The position numbers and the translations under genes are program-made. 64,000 nucleotides of DNA from NCBI RefSeq assembly GCF_009914755.1, contig NC_060936.1. One strand, given 5' to 3'. Below, piece by piece: positions 16,723 to 33,925 of this stretch (within the stretch, counting starts at the first letter, position 1; every line of letters starts with the position of its first letter). The notes below the pieces were generated by a model, which saw nothing but the letters and a program-made list of their open reading frames with translations, was not told the DNA's origin and did not search any database. Origin of the DNA: the human T2T-CHM13v2.0 reference genome, Homo sapiens.

Positions 16723-17149
16723 ACATTCAGTTCTTATCAAAGAAATAACCCAGACTTAATCTTGAATGATACGATTATGCCCAATATTAAGTAAAAAATA
16801 TAAGAAAAGGTTATCTTAAATAGATCTTAGGCAAAATACCAGCTGATGAAGGCATCTGATGCCTTCATCTGTTCAGTCATCTCCAAAAACAGTAAAAATA
16901 ACCACTTTTTGTTGGGCAATATGAAATTTTTAAAGGAGTAGAATACCAAATGATAGAAACAGACTGCCTGAATTGAGAATTTTGATTTTTTAAAGTGTGT
17001 TTCTTTCTAAATTGCTGTTCCTTAATTTGATTAATTTAATTCATGTATTATGATTAAATCTGAGGCAGATGAGCTTACAAGTATTGAAATAATTACTAAT
17101 TAATCACAAATGTGAAGTTATGCATGATGTAAAAAATACAAACATTCTA

Positions 17150-17155
17150 ATTAAA
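17150..17155 (+). terminator. LYZ: LYZ poly(A) signal ATTAAA
   Basis: Variant hexamer about 1 kb after the stop, followed by CA and GT/T-rich TTGTCTGTTTTT. Confidence 0.75.
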
Positions 17156-17349
17156 GGCTTTGCAACACATGCCTTGTCTGTTTTTATTTAGACTCCTATA
17201 GTGTCTCTGAAGAAAAGAATACAGATATTTGAAAAAATATGATTTGGTGCTCTTAATATCTCTTATATCGTCACTTACCTCACTTAAATAGTCAGATATT
17301 GCTGGAGAAAAATTCACAAGCATGCTGACAGGTCTCACTTTAAATTCAT

Positions 17350-20498
<3,149 letters not shown>

Positions 20499-21406
20499 AA
20501 CTCTTCAAGGCCACATGATTCCAGTACAACCGCTTGCGGGGTTCCAAGCCACTTCTTGGCTATGTAAATGCAGCACATAGACTAGCCATGGGAGGGCAGC
20601 AGAGGGCCACTACATAGGTGCAACCTTTGGCTTCAAAATTCTTGGACCATTCTGACGTGATTAAACTAAAAACGAATGAGTTTATGCATATCGAGATACC
20701 CTGAGGTGTACAAAGGATGAGTCAAGGTAGCGGAGAGAGAGTTGAAGAGTGACAGCTGAGAAACAGAGATAGGACATGTCCAAGAAGTGCCAGGATAACC
20801 CAACAACACAGGCTGATTGAGGAAACTGCCAGAGATTAGACAAAGTAGACTGAAGAGGGAAAGCAATGTTTGTTGGAGATTTTGCTTTAGTTTTTGATAA
20901 ATATTTCTTAGTCATACCAATTGTTTTAAATATAATTACGCCCCCAAACCAAATTTCTACTCTTATTCTGGCAACAGAATAAAAATCAATATCAATGTTT
21001 GATCATTTTCAAAGAAACTCAGTTCCTATCTTGGTTGAAATGCAGTGACATCCATATGACAATTGAGCTCTTCATGTGGCACTAATATAACTAAGCCCTG
21101 AGCACATCCCTTGCACTTCTATTTAGTGAAGTCTTTTAAAAAATATTTTCTTTACAGTTGTTAAGTGGAATTACTAAAAATTACAATCAGCAGTATTTTC
21201 TACTCTTTTAGCTTATTTTTTAAAATATTTATCTCCATGCTTTTCAATATTACACCTATATTGCTTCTTCTTGATTTTTCCATTTTAAGATACTGACTTC
21301 CTACTATGGAAGTTAAAGATTAAGCTCTATTTCCTCCTCCTCCATCCCCATCAAGCGTAGTACCCTTCTCCAAAGCCCATCCTTCTAAATGTAATTCTTT
21401 TTTTGA

Positions 21407-21842
<436 letters not shown>

Positions 21843-22589
21843 TTAGTTTTCTGTGTACCTGTCATGAGTTAAACTCCAAACTCTCGGTCAAATCTCCTCT
21901 TGATTCAACGCCAGCTGGAATTTTGTCAATTCCATCCTTCTGAAGCAGTGTCTCCCAAAGATTTCTGACCGAATCTAATCTAGATGCGTTGCCGTCTATG
22001 CCTATACACAGCTATTGTTCCCGGAGCTCTTTCAGTATCATCTTGGGATCTTACTATTTTCTGTGTTTGTTATTTATTGTATTTCCTGCATTTCATAATT
22101 TCCTCCTTCTTGGCTTATTCCCTCATTTTGGTGGATCAGATCTACAGGATCTTCCTGGAGGTACTGAGAAAGGTAAGATAGGTACTATTTTTTGTGTGTA
22201 GTGATTTAGCACATCTGAAACTCTATTCTATTCACACACTAGATTGGTAGTTGGATGAGTATTGAAGACTAAATCGGAAGTAATTTTCCCTCAGAGTTTT
22301 GAAGACAGTGCCGTATGGCTTCCTAGATTCTAACTGAGCAATCTGAAGCCACTCTGATTCTATAGTCTGTATAACCTGGAAGGGTGTGGGATCTCTTTTT
22401 CCTCGATGTTCAGAAAATTCACAATGATATGCCTTGACGTGGATGCTTTAATATTTGTGCTGGGTGCTTAGTAGGATCTTTCAGTGTGGAAACTCATCTC
22501 CTTAACATCTGGACAACTTTCTGAAGTCATTTATTATTTCCTGCCTTTCATTTTTTTTTTGGTTTGGAACTCCTGAACTGGTCCTGTGA

Positions 22590-23420
22590 TGTGACTGCAG
22601 CCGCCAGGCGCGTGCGCAGTGTACACTGCGTGCGCATACGCGAGCCCGTTGCGCCTGCGCGCGGTGCCGCCGTCGCCCCTCTTTTAGCGGCGTTCTCCAC
22701 CTGCGCGGGCCTGAATGGCCTTCAGGAGCACAGTCGGCCTGAGGAGTTGATGGTTACTCACCGCCGTGAGCCCAAGTAACTCGCCCTCCTTCGGCTAGAA
22801 ACCCTCCGCCTGGGCCCGCGCGACAGGAGCGCGGTCTCTGAGGGGAGCGGCGACCCCGCCAGCCCCGGTCTCTTTCCCTGGCGGCGGCGGCTTCTTCCGT
22901 GGGACAATATGTTCAAGAGAATGGCCGAATTTGGGCCTGACTCCGGCGGGAGAGTAAAGGTCAGTGCCCGGACCGCCCCTCTTCCAGGGTGGCTCTCCCG
23001 CCCCGGTTCCTCCCTGCGCGGCGCGGGGAGGGCCCACTGGGTTTCCTTTCGCGCCTTTTCTCCTCGGGTTTGAACCGTGGTTTCAGGTTGGAGAGCGAGT
23101 CAGAGCCATTGAGCGAAAAACCGGCGTTCATTGGGCCCCAACTTCCTCGCGTCACTGCCAACTCCCATCCCCGCCAAAAAACAAACAGATAAATGGTGGC
23201 TTGGGGAAACCCGGACGTGGCTGCCAAGGAAACGGGCGACTCCGAGGGCTGGGAAAGCTCAGCTTGGTGCACATTCGCTGCCAATCTAGGTTATTGGTGA
23301 AGCGGTGACGCCACCCTCCTGGTGTGAGGATAACAATAACTGTAACAAACAGTCGCTGAGCGCTTACCCGCAGTATTTCCAAGTGCGGTAACTGAGACAC
23401 CGAGGCATACGAAAGCTAAG
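22590..23420. promoter_or_regulatory. YEATS4: YEATS4 CpG-island promoter with NRF1-type motifs
   Basis: CpG-dense non-repeat block around exon 1; GCGCGTGCGC 22608-22617 and GCGCCTGCGC 22651-22660. Confidence 0.9.
22909..22959 (+). CDS. YEATS4: YEATS4/GAS41 exon 1
   Basis: MFKRMAEFGPDSGGRVK; donor GTCAGT; 51 nt. Confidence 0.98.
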
Positions 23421-23602
23421 AAAATTTGCTGGAGTTCATGGTGTTCACAAAGCCTCAAAGCAAGAGCATAACACTGTGCCTGGCACATGGGGAACATTCA
23501 GTAAATGTCAACTTCTTTTGTTTTTGATGAAATTACCATAGACCCTAGCGTAATGTTTGACATTGTAATATTTATTTCCCTCACACAGCCCCTGGCACGT
23601 TA

Positions 23603-23735
23603 ATTTTTTTTTTTTTTTTGAGACGAAGTGTCTGTCTTGTTGCCCAGGCTGGAGCGCAATGGCACGATCTCGGCTCACTGCAACCTCGGCCTCCCAAAGT
23701 GCTGGGATTACAGGCGTGAGCCACCGCGCCCAGCC
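23603..23735 (-). mobile_element. Internally deleted Alu (arm-to-arm fusion)
   Basis: GCAACCTC joins directly to GGCCTCCCAAAGT. Confidence 0.85.
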
Positions 23736-23815
23736 GTGGTTCATTCTTTTTAAAGAAAAATTTCCTTTCCTTTATAAATAAAAATCAGAAGGGGTACAAA
23801 TAGTTGTTTTTATCA

Positions 23816-24527
<712 letters not shown>

Positions 24528-24921
24528 GCTTTTCTTCATTTTTATTGTTGTTGGTTACATTCACTCAGCACTTTTCACATGTGGTAAATCTTGCTCATTG
24601 TTCTTCAGATACATTTCTGTAACTGAGCCATTGGTTTCAGATTCATGTGCAACATTCAATATTTTCACTTCAATTGAAATTTTTTATCTTTCCAACATAA
24701 TCTGTCAATACGCACTGCCTTTGCACTTATCAGATATAAGAAATATGTATGTTAAACTAAGGACAAATGTAGCAAACATGTCATCAGCCACTATTTACCA
24801 AGCTTCAGTCATCCAAGTGACTCTTGGCCATTTTTGCCATGTCTGAATTCAACTGTAATATTTATTGTAACATTTACATTTAAATCAGTTTATTTTTTAA
24901 AAGCCTCTTTCTAAGCGTTAA

Positions 24922-25228
<307 letters not shown>

Positions 25229-25737
25229 TAGGTTTTAATTTCTAGTTACAGTTATTACTATTTTTTAATACTGATTAAACACGTAAGTAAAAAAGTGAAA
25301 AAATGTTTGACCTTTATTCTACCTCTCACAAATTACTCCTAATATTTATACTATACTTTGGGAAACACTGCCACAGGCTAGGTGATAAGGACATTGCCAC
25401 AGGTGATGCCAGTCAGAATTGGCCATTTTTATTTCAATGCCTAGCTTTCAGGTGTTTAAGTAAAGGCCTTTTGCATTTCTTTTAACAACACTCTAAAAGC
25501 GCTTTACATGGTAATTTAAATAAAAGCATTTTCAAAGAGGGAACATTGTAATTATTCTGGCGTTTTTTGTGTTAATATGAAAGGATGTGTCTGAAATTGA
25601 TTTGAGAGAAATCCATATTATAAGCAAACTATAGATTGTTAGCCTGCCATTCTTTAAAGCAAGTTTTCAGAGCTCTTATTCTGCATATTTAGCTAATGGT
25701 ACAATATTCATTTATTTTAAAATTATTTTTCTTTTAG

Positions 25738-26258
<521 letters not shown>

Positions 26259-26689
26259 TTATAGTAACTTTCTGATTATAAAATTGGTCCGTTGTAGGAA
26301 TGTTGTCAAAAAGTTTTTGAAAAAATAGAGAACTGTCATCTTCATATGATACTAGAAATCAATTTTCCAAAAATGTTTCCTAATTAAAATTAAGATAACA
26401 AGAACTATTTATGCTATAAATACAGTACAAGTACATCTTCCTAACATCATATCTAAGTTAACATAGTATTTAATCAGGAGTTTCAGGAATAAGCAGCTAA
26501 TCCTTAAAGTAATAATGTGGTAATAAGAATGTGAAAGACAGCTCTGCTGTGTCATCTGATTGCTAGTAATTTTGTTTCACTGCTGAATCTTCAATGCCCG
26601 GAACATAGCCAGTACATAGTAGGCATTTAACAGATATTTATTGAGTGAGTAAATTATTCCTCTATTTAAAACCCTTCAGAGTCTACCCA

Positions 26690-27250
26690 AAAACTTGCAT
26701 GTGAATATTGATACCAGTGTTATTCATAATAGCCAAAAAGTGGAAACAATTCATTTGTCTATCAACTGATGAATGGATAAATAAAATGTGATATATCCAT
26801 ACAATTGAATATTATCAAGCAATAAAAAGTAAAGTACTGATAAAGTAAAGATGCTACTACATGGATGAAACTTGAAAGCATTATGCTAAGTAAAAGAAGC
26901 CAAATATAAAAAAGGCCAAATATTATATGCTTTTATTTATATGAAATGTCCAGAAGGGGCAAATCCATAGACAAAGAAAATAGATAAGTGGTTGCTAGTG
27001 GGTGGGGGAGAAAGGGTATTGAGGTAAGTGCTAATGGATATGGCTTTCTTTTGTGTGATAAAAATGTTCTAAAATTGTAGTGATTCTTATGAGACTCTGT
27101 AAATATAACTAAAAACCATTGGCTAGGCAAAATGGCTCATTCCTGTAATCTCAGCACTATGGGAGGCCCAAGCGGGAGGATCGCTTGAGCCCAGGAGTTT
27201 GAGACCAGACTGGCAACATAGTAAGACTCCATCTCTACAGAAAAAAAAGG
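26690..27250 (+). mobile_element. L1M 3' end fragment followed by FLAM (27121-27248)
   Basis: TCAACTGATGAATGGATAAATAAAATGTG and GGCAAATCCATAGAC motifs. Confidence 0.8.
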
Positions 27251-27571
27251 TATCATTATAGTAAGATTCCAGTTTATTTTTTAAATAATAAAGTTAGATA
27301 TGAATGTAGATATAAGTAATTTAAAAATTCCTAAAAGTAAATTAAAAAGTTAATAAACATTACTATTGAATGTGACTTATTGCTTTGCATTTTTTTATTC
27401 TTCTATAATGAATTATATATTTTAAAAGCCACTTTTGCCAACAGAAACCCTTTTATTTGCCATAACTAATGAATATGCTTCTGTACTTTTAAAATAAAGA
27501 AAATGAGGAGTTTTTGTATTCAACAATCTTAGATTGCTTTAAATTAGTTGTCCTTAGCTTTATGTAATATA

Positions 27572-27873
<302 letters not shown>

Positions 27874-28117
27874 TGATATAATTTTGTTCTTTGAAATTGA
27901 CTATAGATTTGCCTTATATTTCTGTAATAGTACCAGATATGTACTGTTGTTTTAATGGAAAAAAATCAAAATTGATTTAGAATATTATCTATAGAGGTGT
28001 ATTAAAACAAGATTTGCCAAAAAAAAAGTTAATTTGGGACATGTATTTCTATATATTACAAATCATAAAAGAATTCAACACAGGCTTCCTTTTTGTTTTT
28101 TTAAAAAAAGCAAAATA

Positions 28118-28418
28118 GGCCAGGTGCGGTGGCTCACGCCTGTAATTCCAGCACACTGGTAGGGCGAGGCAGGTGGATCACCTGAGGTCAAGAGTTCGAG
28201 ACCAGCCTGGCCAACATGGTGAAACCCCGTCTCTACTAAAAATACAAAAAATTAGCCAGGCATGGTGGCAGCCGCCTGTAATCCCAGCTACTCAGGAGGC
28301 TGAGGCAGGAGAATTGCTTGAACCTGGGTCAGGGAAGTTGCAGTGAGCCAAGATCATGCCACTGCACTCCAGCCTGGGCAACAAAGCGAGACTCCATCTC
28401 AGGAAAAAAAAAAAAAAA
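28118..28418 (+). mobile_element. AluS
   Basis: Dimer; TSD AAAAGCAAAATA. Confidence 0.92.
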
Positions 28419-28582
28419 GCAAAATAACTTCCCAGGTGTAGTTCATGTTTTTTAGAAAATTAGATTCCATAAAATTTGAAGGGAAGTATGTTTTTTATAA
28501 AACTAAGTATATACGCTCAGTGTATTTTTTTTCCTAGTTTTCATTTGTAGATCATAAAACTAACTAATTCCTTATATTTTAG

Positions 28583-28649
28583 GATATGTCAGCATATGTG
28601 AAGAAAATCCAGTTTAAATTACATGAAAGCTATGGCAATCCTTTAAGAG
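28583..28649 (+). CDS. YEATS4: YEATS4 exon 3
   Basis: DMSAYVKKIQFKLHESYGNPLR; donor GTACAA; 67 nt. Confidence 0.98.
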
Positions 28650-28738
28650 GTACAATATAGTCTTTTGATTCACAATATCCAAAGTTAAAAATGGCTAGGA
28701 AACTAAACCGATAATTTACTATTTTTTTCTGTCTTTAG

Positions 28739-28833
28739 TTGTTACTAAACCTCCATATGAAATTACTGAAACAGGATGGGGTGAATTCGAAATAATCATC
28801 AAAATATTTTTCATTGACCCTAATGAAAGACCT
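28739..28833 (+). CDS. YEATS4: YEATS4 exon 4 (acyl-lysine pocket GWGEF)
   Basis: (V)[31 protein letters not shown]; donor GTGAGT; 95 nt. Confidence 0.98.
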
Positions 28834-29767
28834 GTGAGTAGCATTAATCTTTGTAAATATAAAATAGATTTCTTAGTAAATGTGAACATGTAATAATACT
28901 TAATGAATAGTGTTCATTCAGATGTGTTTTATGTAAATTTATGGCACAGTGTATCTTGCCATGAGTTAAGTTTTTCATTTTTAAATGTAGCGCCTTTCAA
29001 AATCCTTTTTTTTTTCAAGTATGGAAAAAAACATATAATATGAACATGTATTGGAAAGAAACCATGGAAATCAGATGACTACTGCAGCAAAAAAACTTAA
29101 AACTATTATTATCATTCGGTTATTAGTAATAAATAAGTTGAGCCCATATGCTGTGTAAAATAGTTTTTATAGTTTTTGGTAGTTAAACCCTAAGAAACAG
29201 TGTTTTTGCTTTTTTAAGCTGTCATCAGTACTAGCGCTTCATTTTATATCTTATTTATGAGTCTTTATTTTTATAGCCACTGGCTTTTTCATCTTTTGAT
29301 CTCTTCTTATCAGATTGTTGCTTGATAATGTAAAAAAAAAAATCCCTCCAGGCTTTTGCTTTGATCCTTCAGCAACTTTGTTAGGTTGTGATACCCTCAT
29401 TTTAGAGATCAGGATACCAAGGCTCAGAGGTCAAGTCACTGCTCAAAAACACTCAGTTAATTATGGTAGAGCTAGTTTTTGAACCCAGATATTTGCATTC
29501 ATACCTTTTTCTAGTATTTTTTCTTTTGAGTAAAACCACTAGGCCTTTTTTTTTCTTAAGCCTGTAGGGTCAAAACTCAGTAATGGCTCTCACATTCCAC
29601 ATATGTGGCTGGGGTTTAACTCCAGTTTCAAGGCTTTCACATTCATCACCATTTTATCTTTTAGAATCACATCAGTCTTTTAGCACCAAACATTTACATT
29701 TTAATTATCAGATTATATTTTTTAAACTGTGTATGTATTTTTAAAGGAGCTGAATATCACCTGGACC

Positions 29768-29965
29768 AGTATTTCAGCAAACCGGTTCCTAACTGGCTGC
29801 ATCAGAAACACCTGAGGTGCTTGCTTATTTATTTATTAATTTTTGTGAGGTGCTTTTTAAAAATTCAAGCTCCTAGGCCTCACCTTTTGGAGAGTCTGAT
29901 TCAGTAGGTTTGGAATGGGGCCAGCACCCCAGGTGATTTTGATGCACAATGAGAATTGGGACCCA
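29768..29965. mobile_element. MER5A-like hAT DNA transposon
   Basis: GCTGCATCAGAAaCACCTG, TCTGATTCAGTAGGT, CCCCAGGTGATT motifs. Confidence 0.75.
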
Positions 29966-30319
29966 ATGACGTAGACTTACTCTTTTCTTCCTACGTAGGA
30001 ATTTATTTAGGCAATATCTCAAATGAGAATCTAGTTTGGGCTTGCATATCTCCAATATGGAGAATTAACTTATGTCACTAAGTAAAACATCCTATTCAAG
30101 GTTGGGGTAGTTTTAGTTTTAAGAAAGCTGTACTTCGTTACGCTTCCCTGAACTTTTTACTGATTACTATTCCTACCTTAGTTTTCTTTTCTCATGAGTA
30201 AGCATCCATAGCTCATTTAAACATTTTTTGTGTTTTCATGTGATGAAGTTTTTAGATCTCCTACCATCTGTGTTGCCCTTCAGGAAAACACACTCATGTT
30301 ATATTTTGTTTGGCAATAA

Positions 30320-30615
30320 TTTTTTTTTTTCTTTTGAGACAGAGTTACACTCTGCTGCCCAGGCTGGAGTACAGTGGCATAAACACAACTCACTGCAGCC
30401 TCCACCTCCTGGCCTCAAACAGTCCTCTGCCTCAGCCTCCCCAGTAGATGGGACCACAGATGCATGCCACCATGCTGAGTTAATTTTTTATTTTCTGTAG
30501 AGATAGGGGCTCGCCATGTTGCCCAGGCTGATCTCAAACTCCTGGGCTCAAGCATTCCTCTCGCCTTGCCCTCCCAAGGTGCTGGGATTACAGGCATGAG
30601 CCACCATGACCGGCC
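30320..30615 (-). mobile_element. AluJ-type
   Basis: Dimer with CTGGGCTCAAGC. Confidence 0.9.
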
Positions 30616-31536
30616 AAGAAATTATTAAATATTATATCTGCTATTTGTAAGATATTGTTTAAGGGATTGAGAAGGATACAAAAATGAGACACTGACCTTA
30701 ATGAGAATAGTTTATTAGGGAAAAGAGAGCATAGAATTTAGCAGATGTTGAGAGGGAGAGAGAAGCAGCTCATATGTTACTAGAGTAGAAGCTCTTTTTA
30801 ACTTTGTAAGATTGCTGGGTTTTCATTTTTATTTTGAGAATATGCTGCCTTACCTCCCTGTCTCCTCATCTGTTACCCCTTATCCCCAGTTGGAAAATAA
30901 ATCTATGAAAGAAATCATTGTACCCTGTAACCTCATTATGAGACAGCTCTTGAAGTCACTCTTAGAAAGGTATATAACCTATTGCACTGCTATAGTGATT
31001 AATCTGTTGAATAGATTCCCATATAGATTTACATAGGCCTGAATTTTATTCTCTAAAAAATATTATAGGGTTTTTTAGTATTATTAAACTATTGTACTTT
31101 TTCAATAGTTAGCTCTTACAGAAAATGTCCAGTGAAGGTTTATTTAAAATATCTAAGAAAGACAACTTGGTTGGAAGACAACTTGTGATTTACTTCTGCT
31201 ACCCAGTAACCTATTATACAGATCAAGCCACTATAAAAAGAATGGTTGTTTCTAAAAGCAAAATGTCAAATTGAGTTTTCATTCCTAGAAATAGGGATTT
31301 CTAGGCAAGTATAGGCAGTTTCATTGTTCTAAGAATTTTCAAACACCACTCAAAATTACAGACATCTGTCTTGAAATGTTTTTATTGCCTATATCCGCAT
31401 GAATGCCTCTGGAAGTCTGAATAATAAATTTAGGGAAGGACAGTTTTACAATGTAATTGTAAGAATTTCTTAATTGTAAAAGTCAGTTGTGCACATGGTT
31501 TTAAGAGAAGATTTTTGAAATAAGTGTAAGTCTTCT

Positions 31537-32058
31537 GTGTTAGTTTTCTGGTACCATAAACTGGGTGGATTAAAACAACAGAAATTTATTCCCACAGATC
31601 TGAAGGCTAGAAGTCTGAAATCAAGGTGTTGGCCATGTTTTTTCCAAAGCCTTTAGGGGAGCATCTTTCCTTGCCTCTTCCAGCCCCAGATGTTCCTTGG
31701 CTTTTGGCAACATATCTCTAATATCTTCCTCCATTGTCACATGGCCTTATCTTTCTCCCTGGTCTCTGTGTCTTCTTCTCTTAGAAGGACACCAGTCATA
31801 TTGGATTGTGGTCCACCCTAATGACTTCATTGTAATTACACCTGCAAAGACCCTGTTTCCAAATAATGTCACATCCACAGGTACTGAGAATTAGGGCTTC
31901 GTATCTTTTGCCTGCATTTATAGTCCCAGTTACTTGGGAGGCTGAGGCAGGAGTATCATTTGAGATCAGGAATTCAAGACCAGCCTGGGCAACATAGTAA
32001 AACCCCATCTCAAACAAAATATACCTTTTGCAGGGAGGTCACAATTCAGCCCATAACA
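31537..32058. mobile_element. MLT1 LTR with a nested FLAM (about 31905-32020)
   Basis: TAAAACAACAGAAATTTATT, GAAGTCTGAAATCAAGGTGT, terminal CAATTCAGCCCATAACA. Confidence 0.82.
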
Positions 32059-33457
32059 TCTTTATCCCATCTTTGACCTCTTTTCCAAGAAAACTGCTTT
32101 TTAACAGTTACCTGTTCTCAATTCCTCTAGAAATTACTCACTCCTGTGCATCTCATATATTTAAATCCCTAATACTGGATTTCTCAGCTTCAGATAGTAT
32201 CTTTCAGTGCCTAATGATTGATTATAGGTGATCCTTTTTCGTCCTCTTTCCAAGTTTCTTTTTTTCATTTTGCCAAAGGAATTTTTTCAGAAAGGATGCC
32301 TGAGAAATAAACTTTCAGAGATATTGCCCATCTGAAATGTCCTTATTTTTTCTTCATAGTTCATTGTTGGGGAGAAAAATTCTAGGCACTAAAGGTAGAT
32401 ATGCTTTCTTGTCTATGAATGGAGAGAGAAGAGAAAGTCAAGAGGCCTAGCTACCCCATAGCATTCTTGACTTTGATACTTGCCAGTTCTGAGCTTGGAG
32501 CACTGTAGGGCTCCTGGGAGCTCTGGCTCACACCTCTTAGGCAGTTTTCTTAAGTTTTCAGGTTGTGGTTTTTCTCTGGTGTCATTGTTTATTATCCTTC
32601 TTGGTAGACTCATCTGCTTTCTGTCTGTTCCAGAAATTTGTTAAATTATTTGCTTTAAATAATTTGATATGTAATTCATGCTCTCTTATTTTGCTGTTAT
32701 TTTAGTAGAATTCTGTGCATTTCCCTCCTCCCCTTTCTACATTCTTAGTGCATCATCTTGAGCCTGGAAGATGTCCTTTAAGTAGGATATTTCCACTTGC
32801 TGAGCCATGTCCAGGGAAATCTGACATTCTGTTAATTGAGCTAGATTGTCTTTAGGGGGAGTTGATGGTGCTTGTTTAAATTCAGTTGCAAGGAATTTTA
32901 TATTTTCTGACTTTTTCAGTGTACCCTTCCTTGCTCCCTATTTCATGACTTTTTTGAAGAGTACCATTCTCTTACAATTATGCTAGCTAACTTTTTAGAA
33001 AATTATTTGGGGTCTGGTTTTCAGAACTTCAACATGAAGTCTGATGTTTTCCGAACTAGATTTTATTTTGCTGAAATAATCACACATTGTGCTACAAAGC
33101 TTTTCCTTTGATGTCTTACTATACCTGTTTTTAGGTATTTGAAGACATGTTGCTCTTGCCAAAGTGAATTATTACTGACCAACTTTTTATTTATTTATTA
33201 TGTCATTTATGTAATAATCTTATAGATCCCCAAAGAAATTATCTTGCCCTCACTGAACTTTTTCATTCCCCACAGTAAATTTGTAAACTCTAATCTTCAA
33301 AGCAGTCACAATTAATCCACTTGTGTAAGTAAAAGAATTCATGTTTTAGTGATTTCTCAGTTTAATTTCTATAGCTTTATCTTGTGTTATTTTTAGTTTC
33401 CTCTCTAGAGATTCTTGAACAGATTCTTAATTACCCTCTAAAGAGTATTCATGTTAG

Positions 33458-33784
<327 letters not shown>

Positions 33785-33837
33785 TGAAGTTGGAGAACTT
33801 TGAAGTTATTGGGTTTTTGTTCATTTTATCCCATTAG

Positions 33838-33925
33838 ATATTTCAAGACCCAACAGCAATGATGCAACAATTATTGACAACATCTCGTCAGCTAACATTA
33901 GGAGCCTATAAGCATGAAACAGAAT
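33838..33925 (+). CDS. YEATS4: YEATS4 exon 6
   Basis: IFQDPTAMMQQLLTTSRQLTLGAYKHETE+T; donor GTAAGT; 88 nt. Confidence 0.98.

Noticed and set aside
20467-20600. T27 tract suggesting a processed pseudogene tail on the - strand
   Set aside because: No recognisable parent or second TSD; more simply a T-run at the Alu target site
22564-23400. ORFs on both strands over the YEATS4 promoter
   Set aside because: Expected in a CpG island; no recognisable protein; only 22909-22959 fits the spliced CDS
31159-31305. Short direct repeat (AAGACAACTTG twice) and 9-bp inverted repeat (CCTAGAAAT/ATTTCTAGG)
   Set aside because: Short enough to arise by chance in AT-rich intron
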